A DNA stretch of 61,564 nt, counting the filler, from Hausera hauseri (Eukaryota), in NCBI GenBank assembly GCA_046269625.1. It is 10 parts of 10 records of this genome, joined end to end, with 100 filler letters (N's around TTAATTAATTAA, not from the genome) between each part and the next. Parts side by side here need not be neighbours in the genome. Positions count along the whole stretch, not along the records: positions 1 to 5,387 come from JBJURY010264842.1; positions 5,488 to 10,327 come from JBJURY010417811.1; positions 10,428 to 18,657 come from JBJURY010718768.1; 7 more parts are not named here. One strand, 5' to 3'. The translations under genes and the position numbers were made by a program. Shown here piece by piece: positions 1-11,844 of the stretch. A model generated the notes under the pieces. It searched no databases. It had not been told where the DNA came from and worked only from the letters and a program-made list of their open reading frames with translations. Numbering within the stretch: the first letter of the stretch is position 1; each line of letters starts with the position of its first letter.

Positions 1-190
1 GGGCAGTTTCTCGTTCTGCATGGTTCCTTGGTAGTCTTCTTGAGGAGGTTTCTTAGGGTGTACTTCCTATCGTATAGCCTCACGTCGAATCCTTCTTTTC
101 TGAATATAGTCCTTATCTTTCTGTTCACTTGGTCTGATATGTATGGGAAGTCTAGGTAGAATATTCTCTTTCTGTTTTCGTCCTTTGTTT
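1..190 (-). mobile_element. Penelope-like retroelement fragment (RT C-terminal region leading towards the GIY-YIG linker)
   Basis: Minus-strand translation RIFYLDFPYISDQVNRKIRTIFRKEGFDVRLYDRKYTLRNLLKKTTKEPCRTRNC matches the PY...KI..I....G..V....TL...L...PC...C pattern of Penelope elements. It runs off the window start. Confidence 0.65.
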
Positions 191-789
191 CTGCTTTATT
201 TGCTGTCTTTTTTCTACAATTTTAGACAGTTGAAAATGATTTTATTTTTGGGAAGTAGATTAATAATACGCCCACAATTGTGAACAAGCTTGAAAAACAC
301 TGAAGTTATTCGAACGTTCAGAAACAGATTTGATTTCATAGTGAGCATTGTGATTAAAGCAATTTATTTTGGGATCCAAAATTTCGACGAATCTACGTCG
401 TGGTATATTTGTTATATTGTGAGTATATTGTTTTATTTTAAAATCGTTTTTTATAGTTTTCCGTCGAGACGTGTTTAAATTCCGCAGAGGATATTGAATA
501 CAGTAGACATATTAAACTTGTACAAACATTCTAACGAGAACGTTAGAACTTACTTGCATAGTTAATTTAAATTTGAGTGTAAATCATTGTTATAATTGGG
601 TGTTGTATAGGTCCCACCTTCAACTCTAACATTTCAATTCATTCTAGCTTCTCAATCCTGACTAATTACATATCGTATTACACAGTTAAACTACGTGAGA
701 TTCTGCTATATCCACAGATTTTGCATTATTAGATACGAGCTGCTTGTGTTTGAATTCTTCATACAAATAAAAAAAATAAATAGTAATTT

Positions 790-3010
790 TTATTCAAGTA
801 CTTCTCGGCATGCAATATTTTTTGTAAATGTACTGTTCTCCAGTAATTGAATCGTGAGCGAATCAATTCATTTTGCTCTGGATAGTGCCACATACAACTG
901 TCCATGCACAAAATGGGCTAATCAAATTGAATTCCAACATTTTCAAAAGTGTGTCCTTGAGATTTGTTAATGGTCATAACAAACGACAATCGAATTGGAT
1001 ATTGTTTCTTTTGAAATTTGAAAGGAAACAGGTCATCAGTTGGTTCCAACTTGATTCTGGTCAATAATACACGCTTCCCCACAAAACTTCCGATGACAAT
1101 TTCAAAGTCAATTATATTTTCAAGAATTCGGAGAATTTTAAGGCGAACTTCATTGCATAGTCCACTCTTTATATCCAAATTCCTCAACAACATAACAATA
1201 GGCGTAATTCGTGAGGAGGCAATCCACTGCTTAACAGAGTATTCAGAAATTCCGTTGGATACGCAGTTAGATCTTCTCCGGGTTCGCAAATGATTTGGTC
1301 AATACTTTTGACGACCACTAAATCCCCATGCAGCTTATGAATGGTTTGGTTATTCAATTCATGCACCTTGTCATTCGTAGCGCAAAGAATGACTTTTGAA
1401 TTCGCTGATTCATTTCACATGGTTCAATCGAATCATCAAATATCTCTGTTGAAATTAGGTTCTCATAATGCATTCAGGTGGAATGGAAACATTTTGCTTA
1501 TTATCAATGTTCGTTTCATTTCCCACCTCTAAAAGCCAGTCAGCAAAAACTACTTCAGTTGAATTCGTGCGCATATTCTGATACAATGAAAGCGTACTAA
1601 ACTGAGTCGAGTGGAGAACTTTTAAGGCAATGTGAAATTATCTCCTCGAGTTCCGTTCTTGACCACAGGTAGGATTTGCCAAAAGTCACCTCCCAATATC
1701 AAAAACATACCACCAAATGGCAACGAAGAACTGCGTATATCCTGGAGTCCACAATCAATGACATTAAGAACTTTGGATGAGCACATCGACGCCTCATCCA
1801 AAACATTACTGTAGCGGCTCGAACTCCAATGGTTGAATTGGTATCAATCTACAAGGATAATTTGAATCGACTATGCAAAGTTACACCTGTCCATGCCACT
1901 GATGATTTGTAATCCTCGAGCTCTGATAAGATGATAAAGAGTTTCATACAGAAATGTTTTGCCTGTGCCACTTGGTCTATCAATAAAGAATAAAAATAGT
2001 ATAGTTCGAATAAATTGCATCCAAAATGACATCAACATCCCGCTTTTGACCGAAATTTAATTGTAGATATTTTTCCTGGTCGACNNNNNNNNNNATTGTT
2101 AGCATTAGTCAAATCACCAAATTAGTCTCTAATTTCATCAGTTATTTCTGTAGTGCCAATAATGCCGAAATCCATAGCTAGTGACATCTTGGATGCATTA
2201 AGAATGCTATCAGTTTGTTGATGGGCCAGTTGAATTGAAACAGATTTTTGGTAGTCCCTCGAAAAATCCTCAGTCATGAAGGTTAAATATTGATTCCACA
2301 GCTCCAATGCATTTGTTGGCTGTTCATGAATAAGAATTGTCGCAGCCACAATGCGCAATTCGCTTGGCATCGAGAGTTGCACTGCTTCTTGCATACAGTT
2401 GTTGCAATGGTCATCTCGCTTCACCTAGCCTTTTTGTATTGCAGTCTCTTGGAATGTTGCGTAAACAGTAGAATTGACTTTTCTCAACGTTTCAAAACTT
2501 GTAGCTCCTGTACAATGCAGGAGTAGCCGAAGATAACATTGCTCAATTTCCCGAGGGCTAACACTATACATTCTTCCTATAGTGTTTGTGCGATTTTGTA
2601 TCCTTCCTTTCCATGATTTGCTGCGTAGGTCCCAAGTATAGTGAAGTGGAATATCATGATAAAGAATTTAATTAGCTGTGTTATCAGTTTGATTCAATTT
2701 AAACTATACTGTCAGTGTAGTGTCGGAATTTCGTTCCATTGCGGTCTCTTCCTCGCCTTCTCGAAATACAACATCATTCATAAACGGCAAATGAAGTGTT
2801 AAACGTACAATTATATGCGATTTGTTATGTATCGGATACTCATTCAATCTCCAATACGCTTCAGGTGCACTTGTGTACCTTGAATCCACGAATTGCTGCA
2901 TTTCGTCATGGTTAAGTGCTTGCTGAGTTTTGGTTTGTGTCAACCCCAAGATGTGCACAATCGTGCTCCTTGAAAACGTACTTGTAGAAATAATTGAAAC
3001 TTTTAACCGA
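790..3010 (-). mobile_element. Degenerate Helitron RepHel (Rep C-terminal/linker plus PIF1-like helicase), pseudogenised
   Basis: Motifs DEMQQFVDSRYTSAPEAYWRL, EAVQLSMPSELR, GTGKTFLY, FGGMFLILGGDFWQILPVV, PTEFLNTLLSSGLPPHEL, MLLRNLD..GLCN, QYPIRLSFVMTINKSQGHT. Many stops and frameshifts; 10-N gap at 2085-2094. Confidence 0.9.
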
Positions 3011-3764
3011 AGAGCAAATCTTTACATTTGTATGCGCCAAATCAATGGACGACAACACTTTTCGTTCTGAAGTGGCTTCTAGTTTGCTTGCTCACAATTA
3101 TCACATGCGCCCGTCGAAAAACGTTTCGACAATGTCAGTCACTTGATTATGTATAAAGAATGAGAGTTGCGTTTCAAGGAGTGCAAAAAACTAAGTTTGT
3201 ATTCACAAAGTGTGATGTAAATTTTTCATCCTAAAACGTTTTTGAATTATTATAAACAGTAAATAAAACATTTGATTTAGTTTTACTGAATTTTGTATTT
3301 GTACATATTCATGCCTTTTGTTTCATGTTTGTTTTTTGGTTGCGTTATTTTGTCAAAAGTTCAGTATTTACACTATGCTCGTTAAAGCGATAATACTGCG
3401 TCTCATGTTATGCACAATTTATTAACAAACCATGCCGCATATGTTCTAATTGTACACTAAATATAACGTTTTTAGCAAAAAATCCGCAATGGCTGTAAAA
3501 ATGGGAGTGCGCATAAATGGGTCAATAGACGAATCCCAAAATTTCGTTTGAAATTAAAAAGCACGTGATTTTTACATATGTACTCACGTTACAATACTTT
3601 TACGAAAAATATTTCACTCAGTTATCATAAATTGTTGTCAATTTACTCATTATTTTTAGTGGATGGGATTAAGTTGAAACAAATATTATTTATTATGTCG
3701 ACATAAATATAGGAATAAAAGGCCGCCTCTAGAATACACCCTCCGCATCAATCCCTTCCACTTT

Positions 3765-4550
3765 AAGGTCATCTCATAGGATACGGAGGTCATAGCATAG
3801 GATACTGAGTTCATCGCATAGGATACTGAGGTCATCACATAGGATACTGAGGTCATAGCATAGGATACTGAGGTCATCGCATAGGATACTGAGGTAGTCG
3901 TATAGGATACTGAGGTCATCGTATAGGATATTGAGGTCATCGCATAGGATACTGGGGTCATCGCATAGGATACTGAAGTCATCGCATATGATACTGAGGA
4001 CATCTATAGGATACTGAGGTCATAGCATAGGATACTAAGGTCATCGTATAGGATACTGAGGTCATCGTATAGGATACTGAGGTCATCTCATAGGATACGG
4101 AGGTCATAGCATAGCATACTGAGGTCATCGCATAGATACTGAGGTCATAATATAGGATATTGAGGTCATCGCATCGGATACTGAGGTCATCGCATAGGAT
4201 AATGAGGTCATAGCATAGGATACTAAGGTCATCGCATAGGATACTGAGTTCATCGCATATGATACTGAGGTTATAGCATAGGATACTGAGGTCATAGCAT
4301 AGGATACTGAGGTAATCGTATAGGATACTGAGATCATCGCATAGGATACTGAGGTCATAGCATAGGATACTGAGGTCATCGCATAGGATACTGAGGTCAT
4401 GTCATAGGATACGGAGGTCATAGCATAGGATACTGAGGTCATCGCATAGGATACTGAGGTAGTCGTATAGGATACTGAGGTCATCGCATAGGATACTGAG
4501 GTCATCACATAGGATACTGAGGTCATCGCATAGGATACTGAGGTCATCGC
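3765..4550. repeat. 21-bp minisatellite, about 37 units (GAGGTCATCGCATAGGATACT)
   Basis: Head-to-tail units with point variants and no spacers. It gives the repetitive MTSVSYA / DDLSILC ORFs. Confidence 0.95.
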
Positions 4551-4938
4551 TTAAGGTCACCATGATATTATCCTTATACAGTATATACATATACATTGTC
4601 TCCGCTTTTTAGCATGGGAATTTGGTCTAAGAAATTTTATGACGGAACGTTAAGTCGGTTTAGACACCGCCCTTAGAGAAAGGCTTATGTATGTTTTGAT
4701 GCAGGTCTTTTGTTAGGGGAAAGGTTTCAGTGAGCAACACGAAGTTTTAAAAAACATGCGCCTTTACATTAATTAAAATTGAAAAAGGTGATGTGATCAG
4801 TCACAGCATCACAAATTTCACAAGCAAAGTATTTCTTATTTTATTTAATAGATTTATTGGAATATTTCTGAAAAAGCATAATATTTTAAATGTTTTCGAA
4901 AATCTTGTTTAACTTTAAAATTATTTAAATTTATCCAG

Positions 4939-5193
4939 GTTCTATCAGCTGAAGATGGAGACAGATATAACCGGTTGTGTGTAGCATCAGCTCTAGAAAA
5001 GCACAGAACAAAATTTCATAAATGTATTTTGGAACAATGTTCCAATATTGTTACATATGAAGATCCTGATACTCAGTATGAATGTAGTCTTTGTGGCGTA
5101 CATAATTGTATAGCCTGTAACAATTCTCATAGAGGTCACAGTTGTTTAGAATATCAAAGTTTATCCAAAGAAATGTCAGAAACTATTTACCAG
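4939..5193 (+). CDS. Exon of an RBR-family E3 ligase (IBR domain, RBCK1/HOIL-1-like), partial
   Basis: ccag| acceptor at 4938 and |gtaat donor at 5194 bound a phase-0 85-codon exon. It contains C-x4-C...C-x2-C-x4-C-x2-C-x3-H-x4-C (ECSLCGVHNCIACNNSHRGHSCLEYQ). Confidence 0.7.
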
Positions 5194-5387
5194 GTAATAG
5201 GAAACATAGTCTCACAATGGGACAAAAATATTCCATTTTGTTTCTCATTATTACTTTTAAGGTACATGTAAGTACATCAGAGCTATATGAACAGTGGTCT
5301 GAACCATTTAGATGAAACACCACTTCTGACCAAACCACAACTTTCAAGTGCCACCTACACATCATACAAAAGTAAGAGGTACACCAC

Positions 5388-5487
5388 NNNNNNNNNNNNN
5401 NNNNNNNNNNNNNNNNNNNNNNNNNNNNNNNTTAATTAATTAANNNNNNNNNNNNNNNNNNNNNNNNNNNNNNNNNNNNNNNNNNNN
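5388..5487. other. Artificial contig spacer
   Basis: 44 N + TTAATTAATTAA + 44 N. Confidence 0.98.
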
Positions 5488-5554
5488 TAATGTATTCTGC
5501 ACAACAACAACAAACTATAAAAACCATTTCCATGCTTATTCAGACATTACTGCC

Positions 5555-6259
5555 ATGGAAGATGATGATAAAACGATTCTACTCAATGATGGTGATTGTA
5601 ATTATGATGAAAGTTCAGATTGGTCATGGTTGTTTGGCTACAAAAAGGGCAATTTTAATGTCAAATTACTGGAAACGAAAATACAACCTGTCCAACAATT
5701 AGAAAAACCGGGCAATTGTCTGCAAGACGATTATGATGTCGATTGTCTGGAAACGAAAAAGGAACTTGCTCAGAAATCATCAGCTGCAGCAAAACCGACG
5801 TTTAGAAGGCAAATGACAATGATTTAAATACGTAAACGAAAATCGAAACCGTCACGTCAAACACAGACATTTTTACCGAAACGAATTTTTCGCGAGCATG
5901 AAATGCATTTTCTGCAAATGCCCGTCCTTACTTCGTTGAATGATCCCGTATCTCTATGCGCACCCAAGTATAACTATAGTGTAAAACGGCTTTCGGGCGA
6001 AAAATTGGATAAACTTTCTGATCCTCTACATCCATTAAACGTGGATTTAAAGTTGATTGAAGCGGCCGTGCAACAGCAATCTGTCGTTTTACCCGCTCCG
6101 AAAACGAAATTGTTTGATTTTATTGGTTGCCAAATGTCCAATGTACCCAATGGTGATTTAAAGTGTCGACGGAACATTGAATTGCAAAGATACAAGGAAA
6201 AAGCCAGTATCAAAAACCCGATTTGGCGTGCAGCTGAAGCACATTTTAATTATCAGTAA
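5555..6259 (+). pseudogene. Unknown virus-like ORF with acidic N-terminus and basic segments, one internal stop
   Basis: ORFs 5555-5827 and 5903-6259 are in the same frame, separated by a single TAA followed by IRKRKSKPSRQ. Confidence 0.45.
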
Positions 6260-6332
6260 ATTTTGTTTTACCGTTTTTCTTCTTCTTTCATCAATCCAAT
6301 TAACGTGTAATTTTAATATTGGCATAAAAATA

Positions 6333-6700
6333 ATGATAATGAATGATGTAAAGATTATCTTAACAAACGAAAATGCCTTTGTAGCAAGATGTGTTGCAGC
6401 AAACAGTTCAGGCTACGGTGTGTTTTCCAATGTCAATACGACAATTCCGGACAGAACAATCAAATGCATAACAACTGGGATTCGTTTGGCTATTCCACCC
6501 AGTTACTACGGCTAACGTTTATCGAAAAGCGGACTGGCAAAGCTCAGACTGATGGTTGTGGGGTGGAAAACAAATCCGGACTACTGTATGATTTTGCGAA
6601 AGGCAATGAAATAGCACAAATCGCTTTTTTTCGACGTGAAGAGGCGGAATTCAGTGTAGTGTCACCGGAACAATTGGGATTGTTTTGTGTCAATGAAGCA
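6333..6700 (+). pseudogene. dUTPase-like pseudogene
   Basis: NAFVAR..ANSSGYGVFS...IP...KCITTGIRLAIPPSYYG*..SKSGLAK, then after a frameshift GNEIAQIAF. Motifs I, II and IV are recognisable; motif III (GVIDxDYRG) is missing. Confidence 0.75.
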
Positions 6701-6734
6701 ACAACAACACTAAATGAACGCAAAGAATTTAGTA

Positions 6735-7222
6735 ATGATGACAGGATTCATAGATATTGAAGCTTTCGAAGGTAATAATGCCCGGTACATAATAAAGGAA
6801 TTATGAATTATTGACGTCGGTAACATTTTCAAACAGATAGTGTACGTATTCAAGCAAGGTGTTGTGTGGAATGACCTGACGGAATAGGCGAAGCTTACAA
6901 ACGGATTTCTCTTTCGACATCGTCATGGACATCATTGGTATGAAGACAATTCACCGTTTTGTGCGTCATGTATTATGGAAGAGATTTGTGATTGTTTTGA
7001 CATTGAAAATACAATATTTTACGTTAAATATCAAATTGACTGACAAAAGTTTACACAACTACATTCACACTTTCACGAGTTGCGAATGACGACGTATTCA
7101 ACATCCAGCAGCTCGCTGGCGATGGTACCTGACAATATTAGTTGTCTGTATCGTGATTATGGACCATATTGTGCTTACAAAAATGTCCATGGCTTTGTAG
7201 TGACTATATTTCATGCAAATAA
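6735..7222 (+). pseudogene. DEDD/DnaQ-like Cys/His-rich viral accessory protein, disrupted
   Basis: MMTGFIDIEAFEGNNARYIIKEL*IIDV...TNGFLFRHRHGHHW...FYVK...NISCLYRDYGPYCAYK. Three in-frame stops and a late frameshift. Clearly homologous to 25737-26255. Confidence 0.7.
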
Positions 7223-7333
7223 ATAAATGTATTTCTCTGTTTCTTTTTCTTTCTTTCCGTAAATAAGGTCCGTGACATTTTTAGTCGCATTGTAGTTCAA
7301 AACTACAAATACGGGTAGGAAATAATGATAATC

Positions 7334-7803
7334 ATGGAAATAGATGATCAATTGAAGCAATTGAAAAATTTTGTTGGCTTATAAATTTTAGACTTGGTAC
7401 GATGGTGGCAAGTACTTGATAGTGATTTGGTTGCGAGAGCAGCACGTGATTTTGGATTTAAAGAAAATTTGGCATCAATAGCATTGATGACAGCAACGGA
7501 TTGTAGCTCTACAGAGAATCTAATTATTGTGTTAAATCAAATACACATTCGCCGATTGTATGACACAAATTACTTTAATAATGTTGAAAAGTACGAGCTA
7601 AATTAAGGAACTTGAAAGAGAAAATAATGGACAAAGTACGAAACTGTCAGTTTATATGTGTACTATGTAAACAAAGAAACGTGGATACGGTATTCTTAAT
7701 GTGCGGCCATCTCGTTGTTTATCAAATGTGTTCCACCAAAGTAACCCAATGTCCAGAATGTAAATGTGTTATAATGGAAATTGTACACATTTATTACGAA
7801 TGA
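7334..7803 (+). pseudogene. IAP-like UBA + C3HC4 RING protein without BIR, disrupted
   Basis: C-terminal CVLC...TVFLMCGHLVV..CSTKVTQCPECKCVI...HIY is an IAP/MDM2-type RING. The upstream RDFGFKENLASIAL...SSTENLIIVL resembles the IAP UBA. One stop and one frameshift. Confidence 0.7.
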
Positions 7804-7989
7804 CTTCAATAACGTGGAAGTAATTTGTATCATTGTAATATGAGACCATACTCACAAAGTAAATGCCTATTGTTTACAATGAAAACAAATTTTTGATATA
7901 AATAGAAATACAATTTCAGTTCACGTTTGTCTTATTTAAACAATGTCTTTGGAAAACAATTCAGCAGGTGACAATCTCTCAAAAAAGCC

Positions 7990-10327
7990 ACGGTACAGCG
8001 AATATTCGCTCAGAAATTCCCGGTTGTATTATGGATACAAGTTACATTATCTTCACTTTAATCCTTAAAGCAACCGATTTTTTTGTGATGGCGTTGCTGT
8101 ACAATGGATGATTTTGTGGGTCATTGGACGTGTCCAGTAACCCATCTGCCACCATTTGCCGCAGTAGTTGTTCGCGATTGACGTTTTCCAGTTCCAAGAA
8201 AAAACTATCTGTGTCACCAGCAATTATATTGATCCTGCATCCGCTGCCGCCAAACATTTGCCGGTATCGTGCCAAATCTCGATACTGTAGCTCATATATT
8301 CGCAACTTGCTCAGATCCAATACAACTTTTCCTATATAAATTGGCCAATCAAGTACGACTTCTTCCCTGTTTAAATGCATGGTAACCTATCCATCCGTAA
8401 TCTGCATTGATCGCCTTAACTGCGCCTTGCTCCTGTACGTGACCAACCGCTTTTCGCTATTTCAGAGGCGTACATTGAGCTGCTTTTAATAGTCTTGTAA
8501 TAGTCTTTTCCAAACTTCGTACAAGCTGCAGCTCATTTTTCTGAATTTCGACTGATATGCGGTTTGAATATCACAGCCTGTACGAATCTGACTGCGCGAT
8601 GCAGCTGTGTGACGCGTACACCCAACGGCATGTATAATTGCAACAGACGCCAATGAACTATGTAGTTTTGTTTAGGTTCATACGTCATAAGCAGCTTCTT
8701 CACCTTCGCGCCCGGTGGACATTGGGTGATTGGTGAGACTGACAGTTTATCCAAAAGGTCATGCAGTTCATTAGGTATCGAGAGATCGACCTCCATCAGG
8801 TATCCGATTGAGTTGCTTTTTGTTGTGTCTCCTCCCGGCAAATTTTTGTATTATTACATCCAGGTCCTGTTTGACAACTACCCATTCGAATAAACTGTAC
8901 GGCAAGGGTTGCGAAAGTGCCCAGCCGTACAGGTTATTAATGTCGATATATAACAGTGATGTAGTATCATCATCACTGGTTACATGATGCTTGTTGACAA
9001 ATGTCATGCCGTCACGAATACAAACGTCAAACATTAAATACATTTCTGGGTCTTGCAATAGCGCAATATCCCGATTTAGTGACATCTGAGCTGATTCCCA
9101 ACTCATTTTGGGTATTGAGTAAAAGTTGAGTGACGCCAGCATATCTTCTGCCAACGCTTTAGCTCGAAATGTCTGAAACACATCAGCTAACAGGTACACA
9201 TCTAATTTCAGATAGTAAAGCGTGTACTCCAACAGGTTTCTGCAGCTGAGCTCTGTCCAAAACGACTGTGCTCTGCGATATTCTTCTTCTGTGATACCGG
9301 GCCATTGCGGTGGTAATTCGTTTGTCGTCTGGAGTCGCTCGTACGATATCACAAAGACATACTTGATTATGCCTTTGCTACGAGCAATATGTACAGGACA
9401 CTGAATCATTTTAAGCGGTACATCCGGCATGGAATTTGCCAGCTTTGCCAATGATTCATTGAGAAGTTGCAATGAATCAAGGAATCGTACCTGGAACCGG
9501 TTAATACGTGCAGACTGTGACAGGTATTTCTCCATCGTAGTCGAAATTACGGATAGTTCCCAGTGAGGGAATCCGTTTATTGCCCATTTCAAAATATCGT
9601 GACATCATAACCCTTGAAGTTATGAAATACCAGCGGTAGAAATGGTGGCACATGCCTTGCCAAATTGCATGAATTTTATGTTGCTCCGAGATATCGACCG
9701 ATAAAATGATCGTCATCCGGTACGAGCCGTTTCTGTGCATCGAACGGTAATATTTTGTGGCACAAGTAACATTCATCTGTGACCTCAAATGTCAGGCGTT
9801 TATCTTCATCTGTCCAGATCAGAGGGTTGGTGCTATTATCGCAATACCACGGTACTATTTCAGTTTCCTCTATGGTTTCCAACTGCTGAAAGAAATCGCG
9901 TACATAATTCCATCCGTGAAAAACATAATATTGAAAATGGCCTGCGGCTTTTATTGGGACAACCAACATACCGACGGCGATTGGAACATTTTTTGGTCAT
10001 ATATGTTGTGCCGTGGTAAGGTAACTCCGATATCGGCATATACGTATGCCGGACTGCCTGTTTCTGACCAATCAGTGAACCTATGTTCCTTTTTGACGGG
10101 CATAACATACATTGTAGTTCCTGATGAATTTTGTCTGCACAGAGTCACATGTTTTTTCCATGTTGATTCTGATGTGAATCTGTGCAGACATACGGGACAC
10201 CATTTACACCGTATCCGTTTTTTGAAGAAGTAGTCATGTTCCACATTCAGCAGTCTGTACTGATTTGTCACTGCAACATAAGGATACTTTTCCTTGTGCT
10301 TCAATAGCAACAAATTTTTTGGGTGGC
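7990..10327 (-). pseudogene. Protein-primed family B DNA polymerase (Polinton/adintovirus type, with C2H2 finger and endonuclease VII-like insert), disrupted
   Basis: CPVCLHRF....WKKHVTLC, YVYADI (ExoI), CYLC...VPDDDHFIGRYLG (EndoVII-like), FHNFKGYD, FLDSLQLL, YLKLDVYLLADVF, YIDINNLYGWAL (motif A), PIYIGKVVLDLSK, GDTDS (motif C). Multiple frameshifts. Confidence 0.9.
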
Positions 10328-10427
10328 NNNNNNNNNNNNNNNNNNNNNNNNNNNNNNNNNNNNNNNNNNNNTTAATTAATTAANNNNNNNNNNNNNNNNN
10401 NNNNNNNNNNNNNNNNNNNNNNNNNNN
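10328..10427. other. Artificial contig spacer
   Basis: 44 N + TTAATTAATTAA + 44 N. Confidence 0.98.
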
Positions 10428-10577
10428 GGTTCTGGTACTGTAATTCTAAGACTATGCTTATCTGTTGACTGGACGGTTCGGATTGGGGAATAAGGTTTGA
10501 TGTTTTTTTCTATATTTACCATCTATTTGATCGAGTTTCATGGAGCTACGCAAATTGCATTTAGGATTTCTAGGGGC

Positions 10578-11669
10578 TTATTTATGTTCCCATTTTAATG
10601 TCTTATAAATTTCCTGTAAATGTTTGGAACGTTGGCTGGCCGGTAGGAGCCTTGGAATTCTATTTAAATCACTGCCCATCGCTTTGACCATCAGTTTAAA
10701 GAAAGCATCTGGTGCGGTCGGTCGATTCCTTCCTTGCACGGTTCTCTCTATTTGTTCCTGGTCTACTGGATGAGTGGTCATTTCCCTAAGTCCGGAAATA
10801 TTTGCATCGGATATCCCTAATAGCTCAATCTCTCGTCGTACGTTGTAACCGGCTATTATACAGCCATAGAGACAGTGGTCTAACTCTAAACGGACTTGTC
10901 GGATATCTGACCCTCTGATGAGTTGGTCCCTTCTCAACCCAGGCACCTCTGCATAAGACTCTCGATCATGCTTCCGGGGGTTTATGATGGTGCAATATAT
11001 TTCAGTTCCGTCTCTTTCTCTAATAGATATCTCGATGGGTATTAATATATCCATTGTTTCCTTTGCCGCAATTCGTTGCTAAGATTCTTATATTACGTCC
11101 ATCTTGTACTAGCCTATATGATTGCTTAAGTTCGTCCTTTTCTGCTTCTGTCCGAGTATGTTCAAACTCCAAAACCGGCAAATCTAAGTTGCAGTTCTGT
11201 TTATATGTCACTTCGAAAATAAGTTTAACAGGAAGGGCTGCTACTCTAAATTCCAGACCATAGTCAATACTCACTAAGCCCTGTCGGCTTATTTTGAATG
11301 TACTAAATTGGTATTGGCGCCATTCATTACAGTTCCACTGTTGGTTTTTATTCTATAGTACACTTCATCATCAGCTAGATGGATAAATATATCTTCCACT
11401 TGGGCGACCTTATTATGGATCATTTCTTTGAGACCATACGATTTGGCTTGATTGTCCTCGCGCATTGCGTGTAGGAAACCTGTGCGGTTCTCTTTGGTTG
11501 TGCCCTTCAAGTCATTGGGTATTTCGTCTACTTTCCGATATTCGACGTACATTTCTGTCTGTAATGCGTCATTTATCCTTCTGTATATGGCTTTCGATTT
11601 TGGAATAAAGACAGTTGCGTATCCTTGTAGAAATTCGTCGACTCTAATTCGGCACATCATACTTACCAT
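10578..11669 (-). pseudogene. Accessory ORF with C-terminal DEDDh (REX4/ISG20-like) exonuclease-like domain, two frameshifts
   Basis: ILATNC...IEISI..DGTEIY..IINP......AEVPGLRRDQL..GSDIRQV..EL...LYGCIIAGYNVRREIELL...LREMT follows the spacing of the REX4/ISG20 pattern (ALDCE, VSIV..DG..VY..V.P, VSGI, L.G.ILVGH...D..L, RDT). The catalytic acidic residues are not intact. Confidence 0.55.
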
Positions 11670-11670
11670 T

Positions 11671-11692
11671 CTGAAAGAAAATACAAAATAAA
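11671..11692 (-). promoter_or_regulatory. Putative splice acceptor immediately upstream of the accessory ORF ATG
   Basis: Minus strand reads TTTATTTTGTATTTTCTTTCAG|A-ATG-GTAAGT. Confidence 0.5.
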
Positions 11693-11844
11693 GGTCAATC
11701 CTAAAGCAAAGTATTGTTCTAAAACTGAGCCAATTCTTTGTTTGATAGTGGAATAACCCGATCTGTAGTTGTCAGGTTATTCCATCATTGATTCCATCCT
11801 GTGGTATCATCACCCTTAATTTCCTCTCAGTGATTTTCTGACGC

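Larger units (their letters stand above)
5488..10327. mobile_element. Decayed endogenous Polinton/adintovirus-like DNA virus segment (pPolB with accessory genes)
   Basis: Tightly packed intronless ORFs (unknown, dUTPase-like, DEDD-like, UBA-RING) converge on a protein-primed PolB. No capsid, integrase or TIR is visible within the contig. Confidence 0.7.

Noticed and set aside
3765-4550. CRISPR array or repeat protein (MTSVSYA)n
   Set aside because: Units are contiguous with no unique spacers and no cas genes; indels break the frame and the context is eukaryotic.
5432-5443. TTAATTAATTAA as a biological motif
   Set aside because: It is always centred in exactly 44+44 N and gives stops in all six frames, so it is an assembly linker.
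10200-10600. pPolB virus and G-bearing retroelement as one composite element
   Set aside because: They are separated by an artificial spacer and are different contigs.
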